NCBI GenBank assembly: GCA_903881665.1
Contig: CAIRUC010000057.1
Span: forward strand, 34,538-98,537
DNA from: an uncultured Bacteroidota bacterium
Lineage (GTDB): Bacteria; Bacteroidota; Bacteroidia; AKYH767-A; OLB10
Length of the DNA: 64,000 bases
Direction of reading: 5' to 3'
How positions within the stretch are numbered: the stretch's first letter is position 1; each line of letters opens with the position of its first letter. Position numbers and translations under genes: made by a program. Below the pieces are notes generated by a model that saw only the letters and a list, made by a program, of their open reading frames with translations, made no database searches and was not told where the DNA came from. Positions 30,254 through 39,350 of the stretch are shown here, in pieces.

Positions 30254-31018
30254 GTGCAAACAAAACCAATAATAACCGTTAAAGATTTACATAAGCACTA
30301 CGGAGACTTTCATGCTGTTCAAGGCATCTCTTTCGAAGTGTATAACGGTGAAATCTTTGGCCTACTAGGCCCCAACGGTGCAGGAAAAACAACTACGCTG
30401 GAAATTATCGAAACCCTTCGTGAAAAATCAAGTGGCGAAGTGATGGTAGATGGATTGAACATTGATTCGAAAGCCAACGATATTAAGCAGATAATTGGAG
30501 TTCAGTTACAAGCAGCGGGATATTATCCAAATCTATCTTTAACGGAATTACTCGAACTTTTTGCAGGCCTTTACAATATGCCAATTGACTCTCTTGAAAT
30601 GTTATCGCGTGTTGGATTGGTAGATAAAGCAAAGGCGAAGTTTAAGGAACTTTCTGGAGGACAAAAACAAAGATTTTCGATTGCTACCACATTAATAAAT
30701 AAGCCAAAAATCATCTTCCTCGATGAACCTACAACTGGGCTCGACCCTCAAGCCAGAAGAAATCTTTGGGATCTTATTCGTGAGGTAAAAGCAATGGGGA
30801 CAACGGTAGTCATTACTACCCACTACATGGATGAAGCTGAGCAATTGTGTAATCGCGTGGCGGTAATGGAAGGTGGGAAAGTAATTGCCCTCGACACTCC
30901 AGATGCCCTTATCGACAAATTAGTTGCTAGTGGATTTGAAAGAAAAAAAGAAGTTAAAAAAGCCAATCTCGAAGATGTGTTTCTGTCGCTTACCGGACAG
31001 GAATGGAGAGACGAATAA
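30254..31018 (+). CDS. ABC-2-type transporter ATP-binding protein
   Basis: Walker A GPNGAGKTT, signature LSGGQKQR, Walker B IIFLDEPTTGLD, H-loop TTHYM. Start is ambiguous: ATG 30236 (ORF track) or GTG 30254, preferred here on promoter geometry. Confidence 0.85.
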   Translation: MQTKPIITVKDLHKHYGDFHAVQGISFEVYNGEIFGLLGPNGAGKTTTLEIIETLREKSSGEVMVDGLNIDSKANDIKQIIGVQLQAAGYYPNLSLTELLELFAGLYNMPIDSLEMLSRVGLVDKAKAKFKELSGGQKQRFSIATTLINKPKIIFLDEPTTGLDPQARRNLWDLIREVKAMGTTVVITTHYMDEAEQLCNRVAVMEGGKVIALDTPDALIDKLVASGFERKKEVKKANLEDVFLSLTGQEWRDE

Positions 31019-31027
31019 TCAACTACG

Positions 31028-32122
31028 ATGAAATATAGTCAATTTAAAGCCATGATGGCCATTGCTAAAGCTAGCTTTAGGTCGATCACCCGCAGCCCTT
31101 CGGCAGTTGTATTTACGCTCGTTTTCCCTTTAATATTTATTACTGTCTTTGGCTTTTTAAAAGGTGGAAATGTTTCCCTTAATGTTGCATTAGCAGCCCA
31201 TAGTGACCAGCAAAATTCGGTTTACATGGGGCTTATTAGCAACCCTGCTTTCTCTGTTCATCACGATATGGATTCAGTTGAACAACACTCTTTGTTGTTG
31301 AAAGGAAAATTGGATGCAATTATTGATATCCAAAAAGTGCAACTCGATTCTTTAAGCACTTACGATATCAACTTATACACTACAATGGCTTCGGCCGAAA
31401 AGGGAATCATTGTGCGTTCTATGCTCGAACATCTTATCGACAAATCGAATTTATTGGCTGCAAAAATAATTTCTCCAATGGCTACTCTTAAACAACAAGA
31501 GTTGAAAGGAAGAACGTATTCAACAATTGACTTTATTCTTCCTGGACAGCTCGGATTCTCATTATTGAGCACAGGAGTATTCGGAACTGCATTTGTATTT
31601 TTTAACCTTAGACAAACTTTAGTGATCAAAAGATTTTTTGCAACTCCTATTCGCAAACCATTTATTGTGATGGGAGAAGCGTTGGCAAGAATGGTTTTTG
31701 CTTTATTAGGAGCAGCGTTTCTTATTACACTCGGACATTACGCATTTGGCTTTACGCTGATTAATGGTCTTTCAACGTTTGCCGAAATGTTATTCTTGAG
31801 CGCAATGGGACTCGTTGTGTTTATGGGATTCGGTTTCGTGGTTTCAGGAATTGCTAAAAGTGAAAGTACTATTCCTCCATTAGCAAATATTATAACACTT
31901 CCTCAGTTCTTATTGTCTGGAACCTTTTTCGGAGTTGAGAATTTCCCTACTTGGCTTCAGCCAATCTGCAAAATGCTACCTCTTACCTATTTGAATGATG
32001 CAATGCGTAAAGTAGCATTTGAAGGCGCAAGTTTGCTAGATTTAGGACCACAATTAGCAGTTATAGCTTTATGGGGTGTTATCATTTATGCAATAGCAGT
32101 GAAAGTTTTCCGTTGGGAATAA
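31028..32122 (+). CDS. ABC-2-type transporter permease
   Basis: 364 aa. One N-terminal TM, a large loop, then about five C-terminal TM helices. Immediately downstream of the ATPase. Confidence 0.8.
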   Translation: MKYSQFKAMMAIAKASFRSITRSPSAVVFTLVFPLIFITVFGFLKGGNVSLNVALAAHSDQQNSVYMGLISNPAFSVHHDMDSVEQHSLLLKGKLDAIIDIQKVQLDSLSTYDINLYTTMASAEKGIIVRSMLEHLIDKSNLLAAKIISPMATLKQQELKGRTYSTIDFILPGQLGFSLLSTGVFGTAFVFFNLRQTLVIKRFFATPIRKPFIVMGEALARMVFALLGAAFLITLGHYAFGFTLINGLSTFAEMLFLSAMGLVVFMGFGFVVSGIAKSESTIPPLANIITLPQFLLSGTFFGVENFPTWLQPICKMLPLTYLNDAMRKVAFEGASLLDLGPQLAVIALWGVIIYAIAVKVFRWE

Positions 32123-32255
32123 AAATATGACGGTTTGTCAGTTTATTTATCTTTGGCGATGTGTTTGACAATATGTTTGCACTTCGAAAGTATATATTTG
32201 TAGTACGTACATTCGCAAATTAACATTTCAATAATCATATAAAAAGTCAAAAAAC

Positions 32256-32936
32256 ATGTTAGGTATTTATTTTATTTCCATTCTATTTATGATCATCGGT
32301 TGGATGGTTCAAAATAAGCTGAAGAGAAAATTTGAAAAGTACTCACAAACACCAATTAGTTCAGGATTAACAGGTCAAGAAATCGCAATGCGTATGCTTC
32401 GCGATAATGGCATATCAGACGTGAAAGTAATTTCTGTAGATGGAAGGTTAACCGACCATTATAACCCTTTAGACAAAACAGTGAATTTAAGTCACGATGT
32501 ATTTTATGGACAAAATGCGGCGGCATCTGCAGTTGCTGCTCACGAGTGCGGACATGCTGTTCAGCATGCTAAAGCGTATTCAATGCTTCAGTTACGTTCA
32601 ACATTAGTGCCTATTGTAAATATTGCCTCTGGATGGATGCATTGGGTACTAATAGGCGGAATAATCATGATAAATACGTTTCCAGCGCTATTATTATTTG
32701 GCATAGGGCTTTTTGCAATCACCACCCTGTTTAGTTTGATAACTCTTCCTGTTGAATTTGACGCGAGTAACCGAGCATTGGCTTGGCTTGAATCTTCCGG
32801 CGTTTCTACTCCTCAAGAGCACGCCCAATCGAAAGATGCATTGTGGTGGGCGGCCATGACTTATGTAGTGGCAGCACTTTCAGCCATTGCGACACTTATG
32901 TATTATGTGATGATTTATATGGGTCGCCGCAACTAA
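32256..32936 (+). CDS. Membrane zinc metallopeptidase (YugP/Zn_peptidase_2-like)
   Basis: HExxH motif AAHECGHAVQH, flanked by TM helices. Size is 226 aa. Confidence 0.75.
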   Translation: MLGIYFISILFMIIGWMVQNKLKRKFEKYSQTPISSGLTGQEIAMRMLRDNGISDVKVISVDGRLTDHYNPLDKTVNLSHDVFYGQNAAASAVAAHECGHAVQHAKAYSMLQLRSTLVPIVNIASGWMHWVLIGGIIMINTFPALLLFGIGLFAITTLFSLITLPVEFDASNRALAWLESSGVSTPQEHAQSKDALWWAAMTYVVAALSAIATLMYYVMIYMGRRN

Positions 32937-32958
32937 TAAATGATCTATTATTAGAATC

Positions 32959-32985
32959 AGGTCGGGTATTTCCCGGCCTTTTTTG
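32959..32985 (+). terminator. Rho-independent terminator
   Basis: AGGTCGGG-tattt-CCCGGCCT (8 bp, one G-U pair) followed by TTTTTTG. Confidence 0.75.
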
Positions 32986-33028
32986 TTTCTGATATTAATA
33001 AAATAGTACGATTTTAAGTGGGATGTAC

Positions 33029-33036
33029 TATTTTTG
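33029..33036 (+). promoter_or_regulatory. -7 promoter box TATTTTTG, 4 nt upstream of ATG 33041
   Basis: TATTTTTG-GCAA-ATG. Confidence 0.5.
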
Positions 33037-33040
33037 GCAA

Positions 33041-33997
33041 ATGAGCCTACCCGAGAATATTGTTTCTAGAATAAAACAGCTGGAAGAAAAGTTCAATGCC
33101 ATGGGACAAGACCTTAGTTCTTATCTCGATGGATTACTCTATGCTGATTATTTAACGTACTGGGACTATATCCACTTAGATACCCTTTTAAGCCTTCAAT
33201 CGCCGAAAACGAAATTTCCAGATGAAGAAGTGTTTATTATGTATCATCAAATTACGGAGTTGTATTTTAAACTTTCGATACACGAGTTCAAACAGGTAGC
33301 TGCACAAGAAAAATTAACAGGAGAATTCCTTGCAAAACGACTTCAGCGTATCAATCGCTACTTTGTTGCACTTACCGATTCTTTCTCAATTATGGTTGAC
33401 GGCATGGAACCAGAGCAATTCCAAAAGTTCAGAATGAGCTTACTTCCAGCATCTGGATTTCAATCGGCACAATATCGCGCTATTGAAATTTACGCAACAG
33501 AATTTCAGAGATTGGTATCCAAAGATTTCAGAGAAAAAATGAATGCTTCGAATGCCACTATAAAAGAAATGTTTGATCATATTTACTGGAAAGCAGGCGC
33601 AACTGAACTTGCAACAGGAAAGAAAACATTAACGCTAAATCAGTTTGAAGAAAAATACTCGAAAGAGCTAATTGAACTTGCCGAGAACAAGGTTACTTCT
33701 AATGTGTGGACTCTCTACAAAACTTTATCGAAAGAAGAGCAACAAAACCCTGAATTGATCCTCGCTTTAAAACAACTCGACGCAAACGTTAACATCAATT
33801 GGCCGCTTTCTCACTATAAATCGGCTGTTCGATATTTACATAAAAACCCTGAAGACATTGCGGCTACTGGCGGAACTAATTGGCAGAAATACCTGCCTCC
33901 GCGTTTTCAAAAGCGTATTTTTTACCCTGAAATCTGGAACGAAACAGAAATCGAAGATTGGGGAAAAACGTGGGTTGAAGACTTATTCAAAAAATAA
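33041..33997 (+). CDS. kynA: Tryptophan 2,3-dioxygenase
   Basis: YIHLDTLLSLQSP...DEEVFIMYHQITELYFKL matches the TDO N-terminal helix and distal-His block. C-terminal H...ATGGTNWQKYL resembles the proximal-His/GTGGS block. Start moved to 33041 because of the promoter box. Confidence 0.7.
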   Translation: MSLPENIVSRIKQLEEKFNAMGQDLSSYLDGLLYADYLTYWDYIHLDTLLSLQSPKTKFPDEEVFIMYHQITELYFKLSIHEFKQVAAQEKLTGEFLAKRLQRINRYFVALTDSFSIMVDGMEPEQFQKFRMSLLPASGFQSAQYRAIEIYATEFQRLVSKDFREKMNASNATIKEMFDHIYWKAGATELATGKKTLTLNQFEEKYSKELIELAENKVTSNVWTLYKTLSKEEQQNPELILALKQLDANVNINWPLSHYKSAVRYLHKNPEDIAATGGTNWQKYLPPRFQKRIFYPEIWNETEIEDWGKTWVEDLFKK

Positions 33998-34113
33998 ACA
34001 AAAATTATTAGCTGTTTTAAAAAAACTAAAAAAACCAATTAATAGAGACTAAATCACATTAGCTTTTTAGTTTACTAAACAAGTTAATAGTTATTACTCG
34101 AATTTAAACCACT

Positions 34114-34815
34114 ATGAAAAAATACATCATTGCTTTACTGATTCTTATAGGCGCTGGCCAAGCAATAGCTCAAGACACTACCGCTGTGCGTAGGACTCCG
34201 ATTTCTAAACCGAAACCATTAACTGAACGCGAAAAAATTGATCGTTTCTTAAATCGATATCTTGCCACATGGGATACTTGCTCAAATCCTAAAATAAAAA
34301 GTCAACTTTATAGAGGATTCGAACAATTAGCAGTTAAAGACACTAATTATTGGACGACTCAATATTATGCTGGATATTATCTTGCTTTATCTACAGTACT
34401 GTATGTTGACTCAGCCTCTAACGAAAAATGGTTTGAACGTGCTTTAATGTTCGCTGATCGTGCTATCAAATTATATCCTAAAGAATCAGAATCTATTTTG
34501 CTAAAAGGAATAATTCTCCGAATGCAAAACCCATCTAATCTTGAATTGAGAAAAACACTTATTGCTCAATCTTCGCTCCTTTATACTGAAGCTAAGAAAC
34601 TAAATCCGGAAAATCCTCGCGTATATCTTGAAATTGGAGAAGCAGCAATGAATACAACTGAACAAGTTGGAGGAGGCAAAAAAGTAGCTCTTGAAAATTT
34701 AACAAAAGCAGTAGAGAAATTCAAAACATCAAAAAATAGCGATCCCTTATTTCCTCATTGGGGCGAAGCACGCGCCAAGAGTATGCTTGAAAAGGCGAAA
34801 AAAAATTCAAAGTAA
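34114..34815 (+). CDS. Secreted helical (TPR-like) hypothetical protein
   Basis: Signal peptide ...GAGQAIAQ. Helical-repeat-like composition, no catalytic motif. Confidence 0.5.
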   Translation: MKKYIIALLILIGAGQAIAQDTTAVRRTPISKPKPLTEREKIDRFLNRYLATWDTCSNPKIKSQLYRGFEQLAVKDTNYWTTQYYAGYYLALSTVLYVDSASNEKWFERALMFADRAIKLYPKESESILLKGIILRMQNPSNLELRKTLIAQSSLLYTEAKKLNPENPRVYLEIGEAAMNTTEQVGGGKKVALENLTKAVEKFKTSKNSDPLFPHWGEARAKSMLEKAKKNSK

Positions 34816-34930
34816 TTAGCCATTCAAAGTAGTCGATGGATATAATTATTTTGCAAATTAAAAATCTTTTAGCGCGCATTTTGATCCAAAAATATACAGC
34901 AAAATGACCATCTAAATTCATAATAAAAAA

Positions 34931-34957
34931 GCCCTGTAAAACGAACAGGGCTTTTTT
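34931..34957. terminator. Bidirectional rho-independent terminator between convergent genes
   Basis: AAAAAA-GCCCTGT-aaaacga-ACAGGGC-TTTTTT. The A-tract and T-tract flank a 7-bp stem. Confidence 0.8.
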
Positions 34958-34958
34958 A

Positions 34959-36254
34959 TTACTCAGCTTCTTTGAGTCCGTATTTTTTCATGTATTTTCT
35001 GTAAAGCTGCTTTTGAACATTATCCAAATTAATTTCTTTACCTCTAATAAAGGCCATTTGTATATCACTGCTTTTCATATCTAAGACATCTCCGCCTGAA
35101 ACTATCACGGTAGCGTCTTTCCCTTCTTCTAACGAACCTACTGTGGAATCTATTCCTAATATTCGTGCAGGCGTTAACGTTATTGCTTTTAAAGCATCTT
35201 CTTTATCTAAACCATAACCCACTGCTTCTCCGGCCTGAAACGGAACATTACGATCTTGCCAAAATCCGTCATCGGTAATCGCGATGTTAATCCCTTCTTT
35301 GCTCAAAAGATATGGCAACTTAAATGGTAAATCAATATCATCATCTTCACGTTCAGGCAATACATGTGTGCGCATGATAATTACAGGAATATTATTTTCT
35401 TTAATCTCCTTTGTAACCATCCATCCATCGCGCGCGCCCACTAAAACCATCTTCAATTTAAACTTATTACCAAAGGCAACTGCGGCTAAAATATCTTTCA
35501 CATAATTACATCTCACATAAAGAGTTTTCGATTTATTAAATAATCCTTTCATGGCTTCGAAATTGGGGTTAAACAATTTGTTATTCCCAGTGGCGTAGGC
35601 TTGACTTTCATAAAACAAATTATTCAATTCCATCATTTGTTTTTCATTTCTTTTTTTCTGTTCGTCTTCCGCCTCTGACCAACGCGCTTTCACTGTTTGC
35701 AATGAAGGGAAATTCAGCCAAATTCCTTCATCCAATTTATATGCAGCGTCTTCATAGTTCCATCCGTCGAGTTCAACCACAGATGATTGTCCTGAAACCG
35801 ATCCACCTCTCGGAGTAATTTGCGCCAACATAATTCCATTAGAACGAACCGTTGGTGTAACTTTAGAATCTGTATTGTATGCTATTATAGATCGGGCGCT
35901 CGCATTCAACGAACCTGTTTCATTATTGTCGTTAGTAGCTCTTACCGCTTCAATTTCACTTAAACCTAATGTGGTATTCATTGCAATTAAACCAGGATAA
36001 ACATGCTTTCCATATACATCAATTATGGTATCGAATGCCAAACGACTCGGCTTAAAATTTCTTCCATCCATTACAAATGTTAGTTTCCCATTTGCAATAC
36101 CAATAGCACTTTGCGGAATTACTTTTCCATTCCCCACATGCGCATATCCTCCTAACAAAAGTATTCTCTTTGTTGCCGTATCTGCCGGAGCAGGATTTTG
36201 TGCATATATCATCCCCGATATACAAACACAAAGTATGCTGATAATCGCTTTCAT
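34959..36254 (-). CDS. Secreted amidohydrolase-fold protein lacking the HxH metal motif
   Basis: Start set to ATG 36254 (MKAIISILCVCISGMIYAQ is a signal peptide), 1 nt after the upstream stop. Where the canonical PG(L/F)IDxHxHxG is expected it reads PGLIAMNTTLG. Confidence 0.7.
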   Translation of the reverse strand: MKAIISILCVCISGMIYAQNPAPADTATKRILLLGGYAHVGNGKVIPQSAIGIANGKLTFVMDGRNFKPSRLAFDTIIDVYGKHVYPGLIAMNTTLGLSEIEAVRATNDNNETGSLNASARSIIAYNTDSKVTPTVRSNGIMLAQITPRGGSVSGQSSVVELDGWNYEDAAYKLDEGIWLNFPSLQTVKARWSEAEDEQKKRNEKQMMELNNLFYESQAYATGNNKLFNPNFEAMKGLFNKSKTLYVRCNYVKDILAAVAFGNKFKLKMVLVGARDGWMVTKEIKENNIPVIIMRTHVLPEREDDDIDLPFKLPYLLSKEGINIAITDDGFWQDRNVPFQAGEAVGYGLDKEDALKAITLTPARILGIDSTVGSLEEGKDATVIVSGGDVLDMKSSDIQMAFIRGKEINLDNVQKQLYRKYMKKYGLKEAE

Positions 36255-36255
36255 A

Positions 36256-39200
36256 TTATCTCGGTGATTTTTCATTATCATTACAGTGATATAATTCATC
36301 GATCGCTAATGACGCTTTTTGTACCGAACCTCCCAATGTTTTTTCATCCATCATTTTCTTTATCAATCGCGATTTCTCCACTTTATTTCTTTCTCTTATT
36401 TGTTTATCTCGATCGATGTCATAGTAGCAAATCCCATCTACAAAAGTCTTGACTGATTTTGCATAAACGCTCAGCGGATTATCATTCCAGATTACCACAT
36501 CAGCATCTTTGCCCTCTTTGATACTCCCTACTCTATTATCAATATGTAAAAGTTTCGCAGGATTTAAGGTTACAAATTTTAAAGCCTCTTCTTCACTAAC
36601 ATGTCCGTATTTAACCGCCTTTGCTGCTTCTTGATTTAATCGACGTGCCATCTCTGCATCATCACTGTTGTATGCAGTTACTAAACCCATATCATGCATT
36701 ATTTTTCCGTTATACGGAATAGCTTCCATAACTTCATATTTGTATGCCCACCAATCACTAAAAGTTGATGCTCCCACTCCATGCGCCTTCATTTTATCGG
36801 CTACTTTATATCCTTCCAAAATATGTGTAAACGTATTTACTTTAAATCCGAAACTATCAGCAACATGCATCAACATATTGATTTCACTTTGCTCGTAACT
36901 ATGGCACGTAATAAATCTTTTGCTATTGATAATTTCTGCTAGCGCATCTAATTCAAGATCACGGCGAGGCATTACCGAACCTTTAGTTGATGAAGCATTT
37001 TTTCTTGCAATATCATAATTCTTTGCTCTTGTAAACGCATCCATATACACCTGCTCAACGCCCATTCTTGTTTGAGGATATCGTGTTGTATTATTATCAC
37101 CCCAATTACTTTGCTTCACATTTTCACCCAATGCAAACTTGATAAAACCATCTGCATTTTCGAACTTTAATTGTTCGGCACTTTTCCCCCATCTTAATTT
37201 AATCAATGCCGTTTGTCCGCCAATTGCATTCGCACTTCCGTGTAATAAATGTGATGTTGTAACTCCGCCTGCTAACTGACGATAAATATTGATATCATCA
37301 GGATTTATAACATCACCTATTCTTACTTCTGAAGTCACCGATTGTGTTCCTTCGTTGACTCCTTCGTTGATAGCAATATGCGAGTGCTCATCAATAATTC
37401 CCGCAGTAACATGCTTTCCTGTTCCATCAATAACTTCTAAATCACTAATTTTAAAAACAGCAAGATTGATTCCCTTTCCTACTTTGATTATTTTACCATT
37501 ACTGATTAGAACATCCGCTTCGGAGAGTATACCAGCTTCTTCATTCGTCCACACTGTTGCATTTTTAATTAAAACATTCTTAGCCTTCGGCAAAGAGTCA
37601 AATCCATATGCATTTAGCGGATACCAAATTTTTCCCGGCTCAGAAACTACATCATTCTTCTTCGATGCATCTTTCTTTTCATCCCAATTTTCTTTGAAAT
37701 CGGCCATCCAATTTACCCAAGTTCCATCAGGCGTTTGCGCATTCCCGAAGATCTTTTTAGTTTCATTATTATATTGTCCGTTTAACCGATAAGCTCCCTT
37801 TCCTTTTACCGGTTCAAACTTTAAAGTGAACTGCATTATATCTTTTTCGAAATCGACTTTGCTCTTTATCGTATCTTTTAAAATCGAACATTCAGGATTA
37901 TTTGCTTTCCCTCCAAATTGAATACTATATCCTTTTAATGTATCCAACGTTAGCGCATATTTCCCTCTCATATCGGCACTATCTTGCGCATTCACATCGA
38001 ACTGTTTTCCTGCAATCCATGTGTCCGTTATCATTGCTTCTTTTTCGAAAATATCGGTAGTGCTTACAAAAAAGTTAGCAAGCATTCCAGACATTAACTT
38101 TCCTGTTTGATCTGCAATATTCATCAATTGAGCTGGAGTTGTTGTAAGTGCTTTTAATGCATTTTCTTTTGACAATCCACAGGAAACTGCTTTTTGAAGA
38201 TTCTTTAAAAACATCTTCGGCTCTTTTAATCCAGCGGAGGTAAAACAAAACTGCACTCCTGCTTGGCTCATTAATGATGCATTGTAAGGAGCCAACTCCC
38301 AATTTTTCATTTCACTTAAACTGATGTTCATTGCATCAAAGGGATTTGAAACATCATACGCTTCAGGAAATGATAGAGGAATAATAAAAGCATCTCCAGT
38401 TTTCAAAATCTCATCGAGGCGCTTATATTCATCCCCTCCTCCCTTAATAATATATTTTACATTGAATTCATCTCCTAAACGATCTGCTCTCAATGCCGAT
38501 TTATAATTATCTACATCAAAAATCTGAGGAAGCTTGCTATTATTATTCCAACTTTCAAATGAGATATTATAATCTTTAGTTATAGCATTTCGATACCAAT
38601 CAACATCAATATAAGTCTGTCGCAATAAAGCTATAGTTCCCATCAATGAACTTGGATAGTCTTGAGTTGAACTTCCTTTTTTAAATGAATAAGCTGCAGC
38701 TGCGTTGGCCTTAATAATTGCTTCGTTTTCCGATTGATCAGTTAATAAAACTAAAGCTGCTGAACCTCGCGCTATTCCATCGCGCTGTATCGATAATACA
38801 GCACCAAAGCCGTTCTTACGGAATTCGTCTGCCTTTTTATCATCAACAACAAAATTAGCCGCCGCATTGTATTCAGGCTTCAAGGCCTGATTCCAACTAT
38901 AGGCTCCTTTGGTGTTGGTATTGAACTGTGGTCCGCGGTTGTCGATGCCCAATTTCTTGACCTCCGGCTGCCCGTAACCTGTGCATAAATCGATAAAAGC
39001 GGGATATATGTACTTCCCTTTGAGGTCAAAAATGATGGCTCCGGGCGGAATAGTTAACCCATTTCCAACGGCTACAATTTTGTTCTTTCTGACAACCAAA
39101 ATGGCATCATTAAGTCGAGTCGACGGATCCTGCCAGATTGTTGCATGGGTAAAAACAAAGGTGTTTCCCTTCTCATTGGAGAGTGCTTGCACAGGAGAAG

Positions 39201-39267
39201 TGCTCTGCGCATTTAACGAACTAACGGCTAGGTTAACCGTGAATAACAATGTTAGTATTTTCTTCAT
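36256..39267 (-). CDS. Large secreted two-module amidohydrolase-family protein
   Basis: Start set to ATG 39267 (MKKILTLLFTVNLAVSSLNAQ). The N-terminal module has a degenerate PAFIDLCTGYG. The C-terminal module has an intact AGIIDEHSHIA HxH motif. Confidence 0.75.
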   Translation of the reverse strand: MKKILTLLFTVNLAVSSLNAQSTSPVQALSNEKGNTFVFTHATIWQDPSTRLNDAILVVRKNKIVAVGNGLTIPPGAIIFDLKGKYIYPAFIDLCTGYGQPEVKKLGIDNRGPQFNTNTKGAYSWNQALKPEYNAAANFVVDDKKADEFRKNGFGAVLSIQRDGIARGSAALVLLTDQSENEAIIKANAAAAYSFKKGSSTQDYPSSLMGTIALLRQTYIDVDWYRNAITKDYNISFESWNNNSKLPQIFDVDNYKSALRADRLGDEFNVKYIIKGGGDEYKRLDEILKTGDAFIIPLSFPEAYDVSNPFDAMNISLSEMKNWELAPYNASLMSQAGVQFCFTSAGLKEPKMFLKNLQKAVSCGLSKENALKALTTTPAQLMNIADQTGKLMSGMLANFFVSTTDIFEKEAMITDTWIAGKQFDVNAQDSADMRGKYALTLDTLKGYSIQFGGKANNPECSILKDTIKSKVDFEKDIMQFTLKFEPVKGKGAYRLNGQYNNETKKIFGNAQTPDGTWVNWMADFKENWDEKKDASKKNDVVSEPGKIWYPLNAYGFDSLPKAKNVLIKNATVWTNEEAGILSEADVLISNGKIIKVGKGINLAVFKISDLEVIDGTGKHVTAGIIDEHSHIAINEGVNEGTQSVTSEVRIGDVINPDDINIYRQLAGGVTTSHLLHGSANAIGGQTALIKLRWGKSAEQLKFENADGFIKFALGENVKQSNWGDNNTTRYPQTRMGVEQVYMDAFTRAKNYDIARKNASSTKGSVMPRRDLELDALAEIINSKRFITCHSYEQSEINMLMHVADSFGFKVNTFTHILEGYKVADKMKAHGVGASTFSDWWAYKYEVMEAIPYNGKIMHDMGLVTAYNSDDAEMARRLNQEAAKAVKYGHVSEEEALKFVTLNPAKLLHIDNRVGSIKEGKDADVVIWNDNPLSVYAKSVKTFVDGICYYDIDRDKQIRERNKVEKSRLIKKMMDEKTLGGSVQKASLAIDELYHCNDNEKSPR

Positions 39268-39350
39268 AGGCTGTAAAAAGCTGCAACACGAAGGTAATAG
39301 TTTTATATCGTTGTTAGGATGTGTGTATTTATACATTATAACGGCATGTT

